Under the pieces are notes generated by a model. It saw only the letters and a list, made by a program, of their open reading frames with translations, was not told where the DNA came from and did no database searches. Positions 41,847 through 52,084 of a DNA stretch of 64,000 bases are shown here, piece by piece (the first letter of the stretch is position 1; the number at the start of each line of letters is the position of its first letter). The stretch is from an uncultured Chloroflexia bacterium (GTDB lineage Bacteria; Chloroflexota; Limnocylindria; Limnocylindrales; CSP1-4): contig CAWEYL010000001.1 in the NCBI GenBank assembly GCA_963813335.1, positions 280,797-344,796 of the forward strand, written 5' to 3'. The translations under genes and the position numbers were made by a program.

Positions 41847-42274
41847 TGGCCACCTCCACCCGCGCCACCAAGGTGCCCGAGATCCGCAAGGGCGACACCG
41901 TCGTGATCCTCGCCGGCAAGGACGCCGGCAAGCGCGGCAAGGTCGACCGGATCATCCGGCGCGAGCCGGCCGGGCGGGCTCGCAGCATGTATCGGCGCGG
42001 CTCCACGAAGGGCGGCGTCGGCGTCGTCGTCGAGGGGCTCAACATCGCCAAGCGGCATACCAAGCCGAGCCAGTCGACGAGCTCGAACGACCGGATGCCC
42101 AAGGTCCAGGCCGGCGGCATCATGGACATCGCCCAGCCCGTGCCGATCGGCCGGGTCATGGTCGTCTGCGGCAGCTGCCACAACCCCACCCGGATCAAGC
42201 ACGCCGTGCTCGACACCGGCCGCCGCGTCCGCGTCTGCGGGCACTGCGGGGAGCAGCTGGAGGTCAAGTCGTGA
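41846..42274 (+). CDS. rplX: 50S ribosomal protein L24 with a CxxC...CxxC motif
   Basis: [21 protein letters not shown] (KOW). C-terminal [32 protein letters not shown]. The ATG overlaps the rplN stop (TGATG). Confidence 0.93.
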   Translation: MATSTRATKVPEIRKGDTVVILAGKDAGKRGKVDRIIRREPAGRARSMYRRGSTKGGVGVVVEGLNIAKRHTKPSQSTSSNDRMPKVQAGGIMDIAQPVPIGRVMVVCGSCHNPTRIKHAVLDTGRRVRVCGHCGEQLEVKS

Positions 42275-42813
42275 CCAGCCGCCTCCAGGAGCGCTACAAG
42301 GCGGAAGTCGTCCCGGCGCTCCAGAAGCAGTTCGAGTACGCCAACCCCAACCAGGTGCCGGGCCTCGACAAGATCGTCGTCAACATCGGCCTCGGCGAGG
42401 CGCTGACCAACGCGAAGGCGCTCGACGCCGCCGTGGGCGACCTCGCGGCGATCACCGGCCAGAGGCCGATCGTGACCAAGGCCAAGCGCTCGATCGCCCA
42501 GTTCCGGGTCCGGACGGGCAACTCGATCGGCGCGAAGGTGACGCTCCGCGGCGAGCGGATGTGGGACTTCATGGACCGGCTGACCACGCTGGCCCTGCCG
42601 CGCATCCGCGACTTCCGGGGCATCCCCGGCAAGTCGTTCGATGGGCGGGGCAACTACTCACTCGGTCTGCGCGAGCAGCTCGCGTTCCCCGAGATCGACT
42701 ACGACAAGGTGGACCGTCTCCGCGGGCTGGAGATCAGCATCGTGACGACGGCGAAGACCGACGAGGAGTCCAAGAAGCTTCTTGAACTCCTCGGCATGCC
42801 CTTCGCCTCGTAG
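42271..42813 (+). CDS. rplE: 50S ribosomal protein L5
   Basis: [19 protein letters not shown]...[19 protein letters not shown]. Confidence 0.96.
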   Translation: MTSRLQERYKAEVVPALQKQFEYANPNQVPGLDKIVVNIGLGEALTNAKALDAAVGDLAAITGQRPIVTKAKRSIAQFRVRTGNSIGAKVTLRGERMWDFMDRLTTLALPRIRDFRGIPGKSFDGRGNYSLGLREQLAFPEIDYDKVDRLRGLEISIVTTAKTDEESKKLLELLGMPFAS

Positions 42814-42831
42814 GCGCGGGGAGGGAGTCAC

Positions 42832-43017
42832 ATGGCCAAGAAATCGTTGATCGCCAAGGCGAAGCGCACCCCCAAGCACAAGGTCAGCGGCTACCACCGC
42901 TGCTTCGTGTGCGGTCGGCCGCGCGCCTTCATGCGCCGTTTCGCCCTGTGCCGCATCTGCTTCCGCGAGCGCGCGCTCCGCGGCGAGCTGCCGGGCGTCA
43001 CCAAGTCGAGCTGGTAG
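42832..43017 (+). CDS. rpsN: 30S ribosomal protein S14, type Z (zinc-binding, 61 aa)
   Basis: [23 protein letters not shown]. Confidence 0.95.
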   Translation: MAKKSLIAKAKRTPKHKVSGYHRCFVCGRPRAFMRRFALCRICFRERALRGELPGVTKSSW

Positions 43018-43024
43018 GGAACCG

Positions 43025-43423
43025 ATGAACATCTCCGACCCGATCGCGGACATGCTCACTCGCGTCCGGAACGCCTCGCGCGCCCGGCACGCCGAGGTCG
43101 TGGTGCCCGCGTCCCGGACCAAGCGTGAGATCGCCCGCATCCTCAAGGCCGAAGGCTTCATCGCCGACGTGGCCGAGGAGCAGGACGGCAGCGCCGCGGT
43201 CCTCCGCCTGACGCTCAAGTACGTCGACGGCAAGGTCCCGGTCGTCTCGGGCCTCAAGCGCATCAGCAAGCCCGGCCTGCGGGTCTACGCCCGCAAGACG
43301 GACATCCCGCGGGTGCTCGGCGGCCTGGGCATCGTCATCGTCAGCACGAGCCAGGGGATCATGACCGGCCAGCAGGCGCGTCAGGCGCAGCTGGGCGGCG
43401 AAGTCCTGGCCTTCGTCTGGTAG
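43025..43423 (+). CDS. rpsH: 30S ribosomal protein S8
   Basis: [14 protein letters not shown]. Confidence 0.96.
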   Translation: MNISDPIADMLTRVRNASRARHAEVVVPASRTKREIARILKAEGFIADVAEEQDGSAAVLRLTLKYVDGKVPVVSGLKRISKPGLRVYARKTDIPRVLGGLGIVIVSTSQGIMTGQQARQAQLGGEVLAFVW

Positions 43424-43430
43424 GCGACAG

Positions 43431-43982
43431 ATGTCACGTATCGGACGCCTGCCCATCGCCGTCCCAGCCTCGGTCGATGTGACCATCGAGGGCCGGAACG
43501 TCACGGTCAAGGGCCCCAAGGGGACCCTCAGCCGGTCGCTCCACCCGGACATGACCATCACCCGGGAGGAGGCCACCGTCGTGGTCACCCGCCCGACCGA
43601 GCAGAAGACCCACAAGCAGCTCCACGGCCTCACGCGGACCCTCATCAACAACATGGTGATCGGGGTCAGCGACGGCTATCGGAAGGGCCTCGAGATCACC
43701 GGCGTCGGCTATCGCGCCGCGCTCAACGGGCGGAAGCTCCAGCTGAACCTGGGCTACAGCCACCCGATCGAGATCGACCCGCCCGAGGGCATCAGCTTCG
43801 AGGTCGAGACCCCGACCCGCCTCGCGGTGGTCGGCATCGACAAGGAGCTCGTCGGCCAGATCGCCGCGACCGTCCGCGCCACGCGCAAGCCCGAGCCATA
43901 CAAGGGCAAGGGTGTCCGCTACGCGGGCGAGCAGGTCCGCCGCAAGGCCGGCAAGGCCGGCAAGATCGGCGGCAAGAAGTGA
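43431..43982 (+). CDS. rplF: 50S ribosomal protein L6
   Basis: [31 protein letters not shown]. Confidence 0.96.
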   Translation: MSRIGRLPIAVPASVDVTIEGRNVTVKGPKGTLSRSLHPDMTITREEATVVVTRPTEQKTHKQLHGLTRTLINNMVIGVSDGYRKGLEITGVGYRAALNGRKLQLNLGYSHPIEIDPPEGISFEVETPTRLAVVGIDKELVGQIAATVRATRKPEPYKGKGVRYAGEQVRRKAGKAGKIGGKK

Positions 43983-44010
43983 TGACACCGACCCGGAAGG
44001 AACGAACGCG

Positions 44011-44373
44011 ATGACGCAGGTCGCCAGCCGCGGCGCCGCGCGACGCAAGCGCCACGACCGCATCCGCCTCCACCTGGCGGGGACCGACTCGCGGCCGCGC
44101 CTCGCGGTCTTCCGCAGCATCAACCACATCTACGCGCAGGTCATCGACGACTCGTCGGGCCGAACGCTGGCTGCCGCCTCGACCGTCGAGAAGGAGCTTC
44201 GTGGCTCCAAGGAGACGAAGTCGAAGGAGGCCGCCGAAGTCGGCAAGCTCATCGCCCAGCGGGCCAAGGCCGCCGGGGTCGAGCGGGTCGTGTTCGATCG
44301 AGCCGGGTTCCGGTACCACGGGCGGATCAAGTCGCTCGCCGATGCCGCCCGCGAAGCCGGCCTCGAGTTCTGA
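44011..44373 (+). CDS. rplR: 50S ribosomal protein L18
   Basis: [37 protein letters not shown]. Confidence 0.94.
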   Translation: MTQVASRGAARRKRHDRIRLHLAGTDSRPRLAVFRSINHIYAQVIDDSSGRTLAAASTVEKELRGSKETKSKEAAEVGKLIAQRAKAAGVERVVFDRAGFRYHGRIKSLADAAREAGLEF

Positions 44374-44387
44374 TCGGAAGGAGCCCC

Positions 44388-44918
44388 GTGGCACGCATCG
44401 ACCCATCCAAGCTCGCGCTCGAGGAGCGCGTGGTCCAGATCAATCGAGTCGCCAAGGTCGTCAAGGGCGGCCGGCGGTTCAGCTTCAGCGCGGTCGTCGT
44501 CGTCGGCGACGGCGCGGGCCACGTCGGTGCCGGGCTCGGCAAGGCCGGCGAGGTCCCCGAGGCGATCCGCAAGGGCGTCGAGGACGCGAAGAAGAACCTG
44601 ATCCGCATCCCGATGGTGGGGACCACCATCCCCCACGAGATCCGGGTCGAGTTCGGCGCGAGCCGGGTGATGCTCAAGCCGGCCTCGCAGGGCACCGGCG
44701 TCATCGCCGGCGGGTCCGTGCGCGCCGTGCTGGAGGCCGCGGGCGTCCGCGACATCCTGTCCAAGACGTACGGCTCCACCAACCCGGTCAACGTGACCCG
44801 CGCGACCATCGAGGCCCTCCGCTCGCTGCACTCGGCCGAGGAGCTGAGCGCCCGCCGCGGCGTCCGCCTGTACAGCCGGATCTCCGGCCAGCCGGCCGTG
44901 ACCCCGGAGGCGCGCTGA
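44388..44918 (+). CDS. rpsE: 30S ribosomal protein S5
   Basis: [28 protein letters not shown]. Confidence 0.96.
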   Translation: MARIDPSKLALEERVVQINRVAKVVKGGRRFSFSAVVVVGDGAGHVGAGLGKAGEVPEAIRKGVEDAKKNLIRIPMVGTTIPHEIRVEFGASRVMLKPASQGTGVIAGGSVRAVLEAAGVRDILSKTYGSTNPVNVTRATIEALRSLHSAEELSARRGVRLYSRISGQPAVTPEAR

Positions 44919-45127
44919 TGACGGCCAAGCTCAAGGTCACCCAGGTCAAGAGTGAGATCAGCCACATCGCGCGGAACCGGGCGACCATCCGCGCGCTCGG
45001 GCTGCACGGCATCGGCAGCACCAGCGTGATCTCCGACAACGCGGCGACCCGCGGCATGGTCCGCCAGGTCCGCTTCCTCGTCACCGTCGAGGAAGTGACC
45101 GTGGCCGACGCCCAGGAGAAGGCATGA
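44918..45127 (+). CDS. rpmD: 50S ribosomal protein L30
   Basis: [29 protein letters not shown]. The ATG overlaps the rpsE stop. Confidence 0.9.
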   Translation: MTAKLKVTQVKSEISHIARNRATIRALGLHGIGSTSVISDNAATRGMVRQVRFLVTVEEVTVADAQEKA

Positions 45128-45936
45128 AGCTCCACGACCTCCGGCCGCCGGAGGGTTCCCACAAGGCGCGCATCCGCGTCGGGCGCGGCATCGCGGCCGG
45201 CAAGGGCAAGACCGCGGGCCGCGGCACGAAGGGGCAGAAGGCCCGCGCCGGCGGCTCCATCCCGCCCTGGTTCGAAGGCGGCCAGACGCCGCTCCACATG
45301 CGCATCCCCAAGCTGCGCGGCTTCAAGAACCGCTTCAAGATCGAGTACGAGGTCGTGAACGTCGGCGCCATCGGCGCGCTCGCGGAGCGCGGCGCGTTCG
45401 AGGTCGAGGCGCCCAAGGGCGCCAAGGGCAAGGCCGGCACCGCCGGGCCGATCACGATCAACCAGGACATCCTGCGGGCGGTGGGCCTCGTGCGCACCCT
45501 GGACAAGCCGATGAAGATCCTCGGCGCCGGCGACCTGGCCACCCCGCTGTTCGTCGTCGCCGACGCGTTCACGGCCTCGGCGCGGACCAAGATCGAGGCG
45601 GCCGGCGGGACGGTGAACGTCCTCGAAGTCCCGACGACGGCGATGCCGGCGCTCGGCCGCGAGCCGAAGACCGACAAGGCCGAGGCGCCGGCGGCGAAGG
45701 CCGACACGGCCGAAGCACCTACGGCCGAGACGGCCGACGAGCCCGAGGCGACGGCCAAGACGGCCGAAGTACCCGGGGCCGATGCCGAGCCCGAGGCCGC
45801 CAAGCCAGCGAAGGCCAAGTCGCGAGCGAAGGCCGCCAAGGCCGACGCGGGCGAGACGGCTGACGACGCGCCGGCGGCGCCGACCGACACCGAGGCCGCA
45901 GCCGACGACGCCGAGACCCCCGCGGGCGACGCCTGA
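45124..45936 (+). CDS. rplO: 50S ribosomal protein L15 with a ~100-aa Ala/Glu/Lys/Pro/Thr-rich C-terminal extension
   Basis: [38 protein letters not shown]. The tail is [20 protein letters not shown]... Confidence 0.93.
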   Translation: MKLHDLRPPEGSHKARIRVGRGIAAGKGKTAGRGTKGQKARAGGSIPPWFEGGQTPLHMRIPKLRGFKNRFKIEYEVVNVGAIGALAERGAFEVEAPKGAKGKAGTAGPITINQDILRAVGLVRTLDKPMKILGAGDLATPLFVVADAFTASARTKIEAAGGTVNVLEVPTTAMPALGREPKTDKAEAPAAKADTAEAPTAETADEPEATAKTAEVPGADAEPEAAKPAKAKSRAKAAKADAGETADDAPAAPTDTEAAADDAETPAGDA

Positions 45937-45939
45937 CCC

Positions 45940-47220
45940 GTGTTCGAATCCCTGCTGAACGCCTTCCGGGCGCCGGATATCCGGCGGCGGATCCTGTACG
46001 TCCTCGGACTGCTGATCGTCTTCCGCCTGCTCGCGGCCGTGCCGGTCCCGGGCATCGACAAGGCGAAGCTCGTGCAGTTCGTGGACGAGAACCCGCTCTT
46101 CGGGCTGCTCGATCTCTTCTCGGGCGGCGGACTCGCGACCTTCTCGGTCGTGGCCCTGGGGATGAACCCCTACATCAACTCGTCGATCATCATGCAGCTG
46201 ATGCAGGGCGTCGTCCCGTCGCTGCAGGCGCTCAGCCGCGAGGGTGAGTTCGGCCGCAACAAGCTCAACCAGTACACCCGCTACCTGTCGGTCCCGATGG
46301 CGATGCTGCAGGCCTACGGGTTCCTGGCGCTCCTCAACTCGCGCGGCGTCCTGACCGGCGGGTTCGACCTCGCCAGCTTCACGACGCTCACCCAGATCGC
46401 CACCCTCACGGCCGGGGCCGTCGCGCTGATGTGGATCGGCGAGCTGATCACGGAGCGGGGGATCGGCAACGGCATCAGCTTCATCATCTTCGCCGGCATC
46501 GTCAGCCGGGCGCCATCGGCGATCAACGGGTTCCTCGCGAACCCCAATCTCGCCACCTTCGCGCTGTTCGGCGTCCTGGCCATCGCCGCGGTCACGGTGA
46601 TCATCTACATCCAGGAAGGCCAGCGGCGCATCCCGATCCAGTACGCCAGCCGCGTCCGCGGCCGGCGGATGTACCAGGGCGGCCAGACGTTCCTGCCCCT
46701 GCGCGTCAACCAGGCCGGCGTCATCCCGATCATCTTCGCGGTGAGCATCCTGCTCTTCCCGCAGCAGCTGGCGTCGTACTTCACCAGCTCCGAGATCCCG
46801 ATCGTGAAGGACATCGCGACCTGGATCGTGAACTTCTTCAACCCCCGCTCGCCCGTCTACATCCTGATGTACTTCCTGCTGACGATGGGCTTCACGTACT
46901 TCTACACGGCATTCACGTTCAAGCCGGACGAGACGGCCGAGCAGCTGCGCAAGAACGGTGGCTTCATCCCGGGCATCCGGCCGGGCCGGCCGACCCAGGA
47001 CTACCTGTCCCGCGTAGTCACCCGGATCACCTTCGCCGGCGCGCTGTTCCTGGCCATCGTCGCGGTCTCGCCGTCGGTGCTCGCCCTGGCCCTGCCCGAC
47101 CTCGCTACCCTTGGACTCGGCGGCACGAGCCTGCTCATCGTGGTGTCCGTCGTCGTCGAGACGATGAAGCAGATCGAGGCGCAGCTGATGATGCGCAACT
47201 ACGAAGGGTTCATCCGATGA
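45940..47220 (+). CDS. secY: Preprotein translocase subunit SecY
   Basis: 426 aa, 10 TM pattern, GMNPYINSSIIMQL, GGFIPGIRPG. Confidence 0.96.
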   Translation: MFESLLNAFRAPDIRRRILYVLGLLIVFRLLAAVPVPGIDKAKLVQFVDENPLFGLLDLFSGGGLATFSVVALGMNPYINSSIIMQLMQGVVPSLQALSREGEFGRNKLNQYTRYLSVPMAMLQAYGFLALLNSRGVLTGGFDLASFTTLTQIATLTAGAVALMWIGELITERGIGNGISFIIFAGIVSRAPSAINGFLANPNLATFALFGVLAIAAVTVIIYIQEGQRRIPIQYASRVRGRRMYQGGQTFLPLRVNQAGVIPIIFAVSILLFPQQLASYFTSSEIPIVKDIATWIVNFFNPRSPVYILMYFLLTMGFTYFYTAFTFKPDETAEQLRKNGGFIPGIRPGRPTQDYLSRVVTRITFAGALFLAIVAVSPSVLALALPDLATLGLGGTSLLIVVSVVVETMKQIEAQLMMRNYEGFIR

Positions 47221-47278
47221 CCGCGCGGGCCATGGCGCGCTCCCCGCGCGCTGCCGACGGGGCCCGTCGCCCTCGGCC

Positions 47279-47944
47279 ATGATGGTCGTCGTGCTTCTGG
47301 GTGCTCCGGGTGCCGGCAAGGGCACCCAGGCCCCGGCCGTGGCCGCGCATCTCGGCGCTCCGATCCTGGCATCGGGCGATCTGCTCCGCACGGCCGTCGC
47401 CGCGGGTACGGCGCTGGGCCGCGAGGCCGACCGCTACATGAGTCGCGGCCAGCTGGTGCCGGACGAGACGATCGTGCGCGTCTTCCTCGACCGCCTGCAC
47501 GCGCCCGATGCGCTCAACGGGGCGATCCTCGATGGCTTCCCGCGGACGACCGTCCAGGCCGAGGCCCTCGACGACGCCCTCGAGGCCGAGGGCCGCAAGG
47601 TCGACCGCGCCCTGTACATCGACGTCCCGCTCGAGGACCTCGTCCGCCGGATGGCGGACCGCCGGATCTGCGTCGCGAACGGGCACGTCTACAACCTCGC
47701 CTCGAACCCGCCCCGCGTCGACGGCGTCTGCGACATCGACGGATCTGCCCTCCGGCAGCGGGCCGACGACGCCGAGGCGACGGTCCGGGCCCGCATGGAC
47801 CAGCAGGTCCCGCCGCTGCTCGAGGTCGTCGAGCACTACCGCCGCCGCGGCGTCCTCGCGACGGCCGATGGCCGGCACGGCATCGCCGGCGTGACGGCCG
47901 AGCTGCTCGCATCGCTCGACGGTCCGGCCCCGGACCAGGGCTGA
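47279..47944 (+). CDS. adk: Adenylate kinase
   Basis: LLGAPGAGKGTQA P-loop. The lid region has a C/N/C/D pattern instead of Cys4. Confidence 0.93.
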   Translation: MMVVVLLGAPGAGKGTQAPAVAAHLGAPILASGDLLRTAVAAGTALGREADRYMSRGQLVPDETIVRVFLDRLHAPDALNGAILDGFPRTTVQAEALDDALEAEGRKVDRALYIDVPLEDLVRRMADRRICVANGHVYNLASNPPRVDGVCDIDGSALRQRADDAEATVRARMDQQVPPLLEVVEHYRRRGVLATADGRHGIAGVTAELLASLDGPAPDQG

Positions 47945-47947
47945 CCG

Positions 47948-48712
47948 GTGGTCACCCGCAAGTCCCGCGCCGAGATCGACCGCATGCGCCGCGCCGGACG
48001 CGTCGTCGGCGAGGTCCTCGACCTCATCGAGGCGGAGATCCGGCCGGGCGTGACCACCGCCGACCTGGACCGCATCGCCGAGGCCCACATCGCCCGCTCG
48101 GGAGCCATCCCGTCGTTCAAGGGCTATCCGGGGATCAATCCGCGCCGGCCGTTCCCGGCCACGGTCTGCATCTCGATCGACGACGAGATCGTCCATGGCA
48201 TCCCGGGTGAGCGCACGCTGCGCGAGGGCCAGATCGTGTCGGTCGACGCCGGCGCCATCGTCGACGGCTGGCATGGCGACGCCGCCCGCACGTTCTTCGT
48301 CGGCGAGCCGCCGGCGGCGGTGGCCGAGCTCATCGACACGACGCGCGCGGCCATGATGGCCGGCATCGCAGCGGCGGTCCCCGGCAACCACATCGAGGAC
48401 ATCTCGGCCGCCGTCGAGGACGTTGCACTGCCGAAGGGCTACGGCATCATCCGCCAGTTCGTCGGCCACGGGATCGGCACCGAGATGCACGAGGACCCGC
48501 AGGTCCCGAACTTCCGCACCGGGCGACCGGGGCGCAAGCTCGAGGTCGGCCTGTGCCTCGCGATCGAGCCGATGTTCACGCTCGGTCGCCACGAGGCCCA
48601 CGTCCTCGACGACGACTGGACCGTCGCCACGCGCGACGGCTCGCTCGCCGCGCACTTCGAGCACTCCATCGCCATCACGGACGACGGTCCGCAGATCCTG
48701 ACCGTGGCATGA
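47948..48712 (+). CDS. map: Methionine aminopeptidase, type I
   Basis: Metal ligands in context: VSVDAGAIVDGWHGD, GHGIGTEMHE, LAIEPM, EHSI. Confidence 0.94.
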   Translation: MVTRKSRAEIDRMRRAGRVVGEVLDLIEAEIRPGVTTADLDRIAEAHIARSGAIPSFKGYPGINPRRPFPATVCISIDDEIVHGIPGERTLREGQIVSVDAGAIVDGWHGDAARTFFVGEPPAAVAELIDTTRAAMMAGIAAAVPGNHIEDISAAVEDVALPKGYGIIRQFVGHGIGTEMHEDPQVPNFRTGRPGRKLEVGLCLAIEPMFTLGRHEAHVLDDDWTVATRDGSLAAHFEHSIAITDDGPQILTVA

Positions 48713-48759
48713 CCGGCCGGTTGCCGGCTCGCGCCATGTTTGATACGCTACGCGTTCGT

Positions 48760-48783
48760 GTGTCGGCCCGACCGGGCCGACAC
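48760..48783 (+). other. Perfect 10-bp hairpin (GTGTCGGCCC-gacc-GGGCCGACAC) between map and infA
   Basis: Read directly from the sequence. No U-tract. 29 nt upstream of the infA GTG. Confidence 0.35.
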
Positions 48784-48812
48784 TGCGCGTGAGAAAGGGA
48801 AGCACGTAGCCT

Positions 48813-49031
48813 GTGGCCAAGAAAGATGCGATCGAAGTGGAAGGAACGGTCATCGAGCCGCTCCCGAACACGATGTTCGCCATCGAATTGGAGAATGGCC
48901 ACCGGGTGCTCGCCCACATCAGCGGCAAGCTGCGGATGAACTTCATCCGGATCCTGCCCGGTGATCGCGTCCGTGTCGAGTTGTCACCGTACGACCTGAC
49001 GCGCGGCCGCATCACCTACCGCCTCAAGTAA
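48813..49031 (+). CDS. infA: Translation initiation factor IF-1
   Basis: [50 protein letters not shown]. Confidence 0.96.
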   Translation: MAKKDAIEVEGTVIEPLPNTMFAIELENGHRVLAHISGKLRMNFIRILPGDRVRVELSPYDLTRGRITYRLK

Positions 49032-49063
49032 GCCACCACCGACACCACGAGTCCGAGGATCCG

Positions 49064-49177
49064 TTGAAAGTCCGAGCCTCCGTCAAGGCGCGCTGCGACA
49101 ACTGCAAGGTCATCCGTCGCCACGGCACCGTGATGGTCATCTGCAGCAATCCCAAGCACAAGCAGCGGCAGGGGTAA
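49064..49177 (+). CDS. rpmJ: 50S ribosomal protein L36 (zinc form); too short for the ORF track
   Basis: TTG start after GAGGAT. Hand translation: [37 protein letters not shown]. Confidence 0.9.
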   Translation: MKVRASVKARCDNCKVIRRHGTVMVICSNPKHKQRQG

Positions 49178-49180
49178 CCG

Positions 49181-49552
49181 ATGGCACGCATCGCCGGCGT
49201 CGACATCCCACGCGAGAAGCGTGTTGAGGTCGCACTCACCTACGTCTTCGGGATCGGCCTGCCGACCAGCCAGAAGATCCTGGCCCAGACGAACATCAAC
49301 CCGGACACCCGCGTGCGGGACCTCACCGAGGAGCAGGTCAACCGGCTCCGCGAGCTGATCGACCGTCGCTACAAGGTGGAGGGCGATCTCCGTCGCGAGG
49401 TGGCGCTCAACATCAAGCGCCTGACCGAGATCGGGTCGTACCGCGGCCTGCGCCATCGGCGCAACCTGCCGGTCCGTGGCCAGCGCACCAAGACGAACGC
49501 TCGCCAGCGTCGCGGTCCCAAGAAGACCGTCGGCGTCCGGCGCAAGAAGTGA
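49181..49552 (+). CDS. rpsM: 30S ribosomal protein S13
   Basis: [15 protein letters not shown]. Confidence 0.96.
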   Translation: MARIAGVDIPREKRVEVALTYVFGIGLPTSQKILAQTNINPDTRVRDLTEEQVNRLRELIDRRYKVEGDLRREVALNIKRLTEIGSYRGLRHRRNLPVRGQRTKTNARQRRGPKKTVGVRRKK

Positions 49553-49569
49553 CGAGGGGCTGACCAGGC

Positions 49570-49965
49570 ATGGCGGAACGCAAGAAGGCGGTCAAGCAGC
49601 GCCGGCGTGAGAAGAAGAACGTCCCCCAGGGGCACGTTCACATCCAGGCCACGTTCAACAACACGATCATCACGATCACAGACCTCAACGGGGCGGTCAT
49701 CAGCTGGGGCTCTGCCGGCGTCGCCGGCTTCAAGGGCTCGCGCAAGAGCACCCCGTACGCCGCGGCCCTCTCGGCCGATGGCGCGGCCCGCCGGGCGATG
49801 GAGCACGGCATGCGCCAGGTCGAGGTCTACGTGAAGGGTCCGGGCGCCGGCCGCGAGCAGGCGATCCGCTCGCTGCAGGCCGCCGGCCTGGAAGTCAGCG
49901 CCATCACCGACGTCACGCCCATCCCGCACAACGGCTGCCGCCCGCCCAAGCGGCGCCGAGTCTGA
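49570..49965 (+). CDS. rpsK: 30S ribosomal protein S11
   Basis: [27 protein letters not shown]. Confidence 0.96.
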   Translation: MAERKKAVKQRRREKKNVPQGHVHIQATFNNTIITITDLNGAVISWGSAGVAGFKGSRKSTPYAAALSADGAARRAMEHGMRQVEVYVKGPGAGREQAIRSLQAAGLEVSAITDVTPIPHNGCRPPKRRRV

Positions 49966-49979
49966 GCCCCCGAGGACCC

Positions 49980-50606
49980 ATGGCCCGTTACACCGAATCC
50001 GTCTGCCGCCTCTGCCGCCGGGAAGGCGCCAAGCTCTTCCTGAAGGGCACCCGCTGCTACTCCAAGAAGTGCGCCTTCGAGCGTCGCCCGAGCCCTCCCG
50101 GCCAGCACGGCGTCCGCCGCCGCAAGGTCGGCGAGTACGGGCTCCAGCTGCGCGAGAAGCAGAAGGTCCGCCGCACGTACGGCGTCCTCGAGCGCCAGTT
50201 CCGCAACTACTTCGTCGACGCCGAGAACCGGCCCGGCGTGACCGGCGAGAACCTGCTCCGCTCGCTCGAGACCCGGCTGGACAACGTCGTCTACCGGCTC
50301 GGCTTCGCGACCTCCCGGGCGCAGGCGCGCCAGCTCGTCAATCACGGTCACTTCGCCGTCAATGGGCGGCCCACCGACATCTCGTCCTACCGGCTCAAGC
50401 CCGGTGACGTGATCTCGGTCCGCGAGTCGCACCGGACCCGCGAGCCGTTCAAGATCGCGAAGGAGACCCTCCGCAATCACCAGGCCCCGGAGTGGCTGCG
50501 CGTCGATGCCGCCACCCTTGCAGGCACCGTCGTCACCCCGCCCAGCCGCGACCAGATGCCGCTCGACCTCAACGAGCAGCTCGTGGTCGAGTACTACTCG
50601 AGGTAA
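49980..50606 (+). CDS. rpsD: 30S ribosomal protein S4 (N-terminal Cys4)
   Basis: [32 protein letters not shown]4 domain [12 protein letters not shown]. Confidence 0.96.
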   Translation: MARYTESVCRLCRREGAKLFLKGTRCYSKKCAFERRPSPPGQHGVRRRKVGEYGLQLREKQKVRRTYGVLERQFRNYFVDAENRPGVTGENLLRSLETRLDNVVYRLGFATSRAQARQLVNHGHFAVNGRPTDISSYRLKPGDVISVRESHRTREPFKIAKETLRNHQAPEWLRVDAATLAGTVVTPPSRDQMPLDLNEQLVVEYYSR

Positions 50607-50615
50607 CCGCCCCTC

Positions 50616-51608
50616 ATGATCGAACTCGAGAGCCCGCAGATCGAGCCTGTCGAGGAAGCCGGCACGTACGCCAAGTACGAGGCGGGCCCCCTGCAGGCCG
50701 GGTACGGCGTCACGCTCGGCAACGCGCTGCGACGCGTCCTCCTGTCCTCGCTCGAGGGCGCGGCGGTCACCAGCCTCCAGATCCGCGACGTCTACCAGGA
50801 GTTCTCGACGATCCCCGGCGTCAAGGAAGACGTCACCCAGATCGTCCTGAACGTCAAGAAGCTCCGCCTCAAGAGCTACGCCGCCCACCCCGTCCAGCTC
50901 CGCCTCATCAAGAGCGGCGCCGGCGCGGTCACGGCGTCGGACATCGCCGAGTCGGCCGATGTCGAGATCGTCAACCCGGACCTCGTCCTGATGACCCTCG
51001 ACACCGACGACGTGACGATCGAGCTGGACCTGACGGTCGAGCGCGGCGTGGGCTATCTCGGCGCCGAGCGCGCCGAGGCACTGCCGATCGGCGTGATCGC
51101 GGTCGACGCGATCTTCACCCCGGTCCGCAAGGTCAACTACTGGGTCGAGGGCATGCGGGTCGGTCAGATGACCAACTACGACCGCCTCACGATCGAGATC
51201 GAGACCGATGGCACGATCACCCCGGAGGAGGCGCTCAGCCGCTCCGCGGAGATCCTGGTCAACCAGTTCCGCCCGTTCGTGACCGTCGGCATGGCGGCCG
51301 TCCCGGTCGCGGCGCCCACCGGCGCGGCCGCGCTCCCCTCGAACATGCTGGACATGCCGATCGAGGAGCTGGACCTGCCGATGCGGGCCTACAACTCGCT
51401 CAAGCGCAACAACATCGTGAAGGTCGGTCAGCTCCTGCAGCTCAAGGACGACGACCTCCTGCGGATGCGCAACTTCGGCAAGAAGTCGCTCGACGAGATG
51501 AAGGAGCGCCTGCGCATGCGGGGCTTCATCGTCCCGGACTCGGAGACCGACGGTCTCGACCTCCCCGACGGCGACGAGCCGTTCGAGGACGACGAGGCGG
51601 AGGTCTGA
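50616..51608 (+). CDS. rpoA: DNA-directed RNA polymerase subunit alpha
   Basis: GYGVTLGNALRRVLLSS. C-terminal domain LDLPMRAYNSLKRNNI. Confidence 0.96.
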   Translation: MIELESPQIEPVEEAGTYAKYEAGPLQAGYGVTLGNALRRVLLSSLEGAAVTSLQIRDVYQEFSTIPGVKEDVTQIVLNVKKLRLKSYAAHPVQLRLIKSGAGAVTASDIAESADVEIVNPDLVLMTLDTDDVTIELDLTVERGVGYLGAERAEALPIGVIAVDAIFTPVRKVNYWVEGMRVGQMTNYDRLTIEIETDGTITPEEALSRSAEILVNQFRPFVTVGMAAVPVAAPTGAAALPSNMLDMPIEELDLPMRAYNSLKRNNIVKVGQLLQLKDDDLLRMRNFGKKSLDEMKERLRMRGFIVPDSETDGLDLPDGDEPFEDDEAEV

Positions 51609-51611
51609 GCC

Positions 51612-51965
51612 GTGGCCCATCGCATCGCCGGCCGCAAGCTCAGCCGCAAGCACGGCCCGCGCATGAGCCTGTACAAGAACCTGACCGTGTCGGTCATCCG
51701 CTATGAGCGGGTGAAGACCACCGAGGCCAAGGCCAAGGAGATCAGCGGTCGGGTCGAGAAGGCCATCACGCTGGCCAAGCGCGGGGATCTCTCGGCTCGC
51801 CGGGCGATCGTCTCGCAATTCCCCAATGAGCCGCTCGTCGTGAACAAGCTGTTCGACGAGATCGCCCCCAAGTACGCCGACCGCACGTCCGGGTTCACCC
51901 GGATCGTCCGCCTCGGCCAACGCCGGGGCGATGCGGCCGAGATCGTCCAGATCGAACTGGTCTAA
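51612..51965 (+). CDS. rplQ: 50S ribosomal protein L17
   Basis: HRIAGRKLSRKHGPRMSLYKNL. Confidence 0.95.
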   Translation: MAHRIAGRKLSRKHGPRMSLYKNLTVSVIRYERVKTTEAKAKEISGRVEKAITLAKRGDLSARRAIVSQFPNEPLVVNKLFDEIAPKYADRTSGFTRIVRLGQRRGDAAEIVQIELV

Positions 51966-52002
51966 CCAAAGACTGAACTGCGAGTCGGCGCGTGGCCGAG
52001 TC

Positions 52003-52084
52003 CAGCCGAAGGCGGGACCGAGCACCGGAGCGAGCGCACCCCAAGGTGCGTGAGCGAGGGCGCGGAGGGACCAACGCACGGATG
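52003..52084 (-). repeat. Intergenic repeat, copy B (after rplQ, inverted orientation)
   Basis: Reverse complement reads CATCCGTGCGTTGGTCCCTCCGCGCCCTCGCTCACGCACCTTGGGGTGCGCTCGCTCCGGTGCTCGGTCCCGCCTTCGGCTG. Confidence 0.85.

Noticed and set aside
47640-47770. The adenylate kinase lid with C-x2-N ... C-x2-D instead of Cys4, considered as a notable loss of zinc binding.
   Set aside because: Both zinc and non-zinc lids, and mixed variants, are common among bacterial Adk proteins, so this is not unusual enough to report as a finding.
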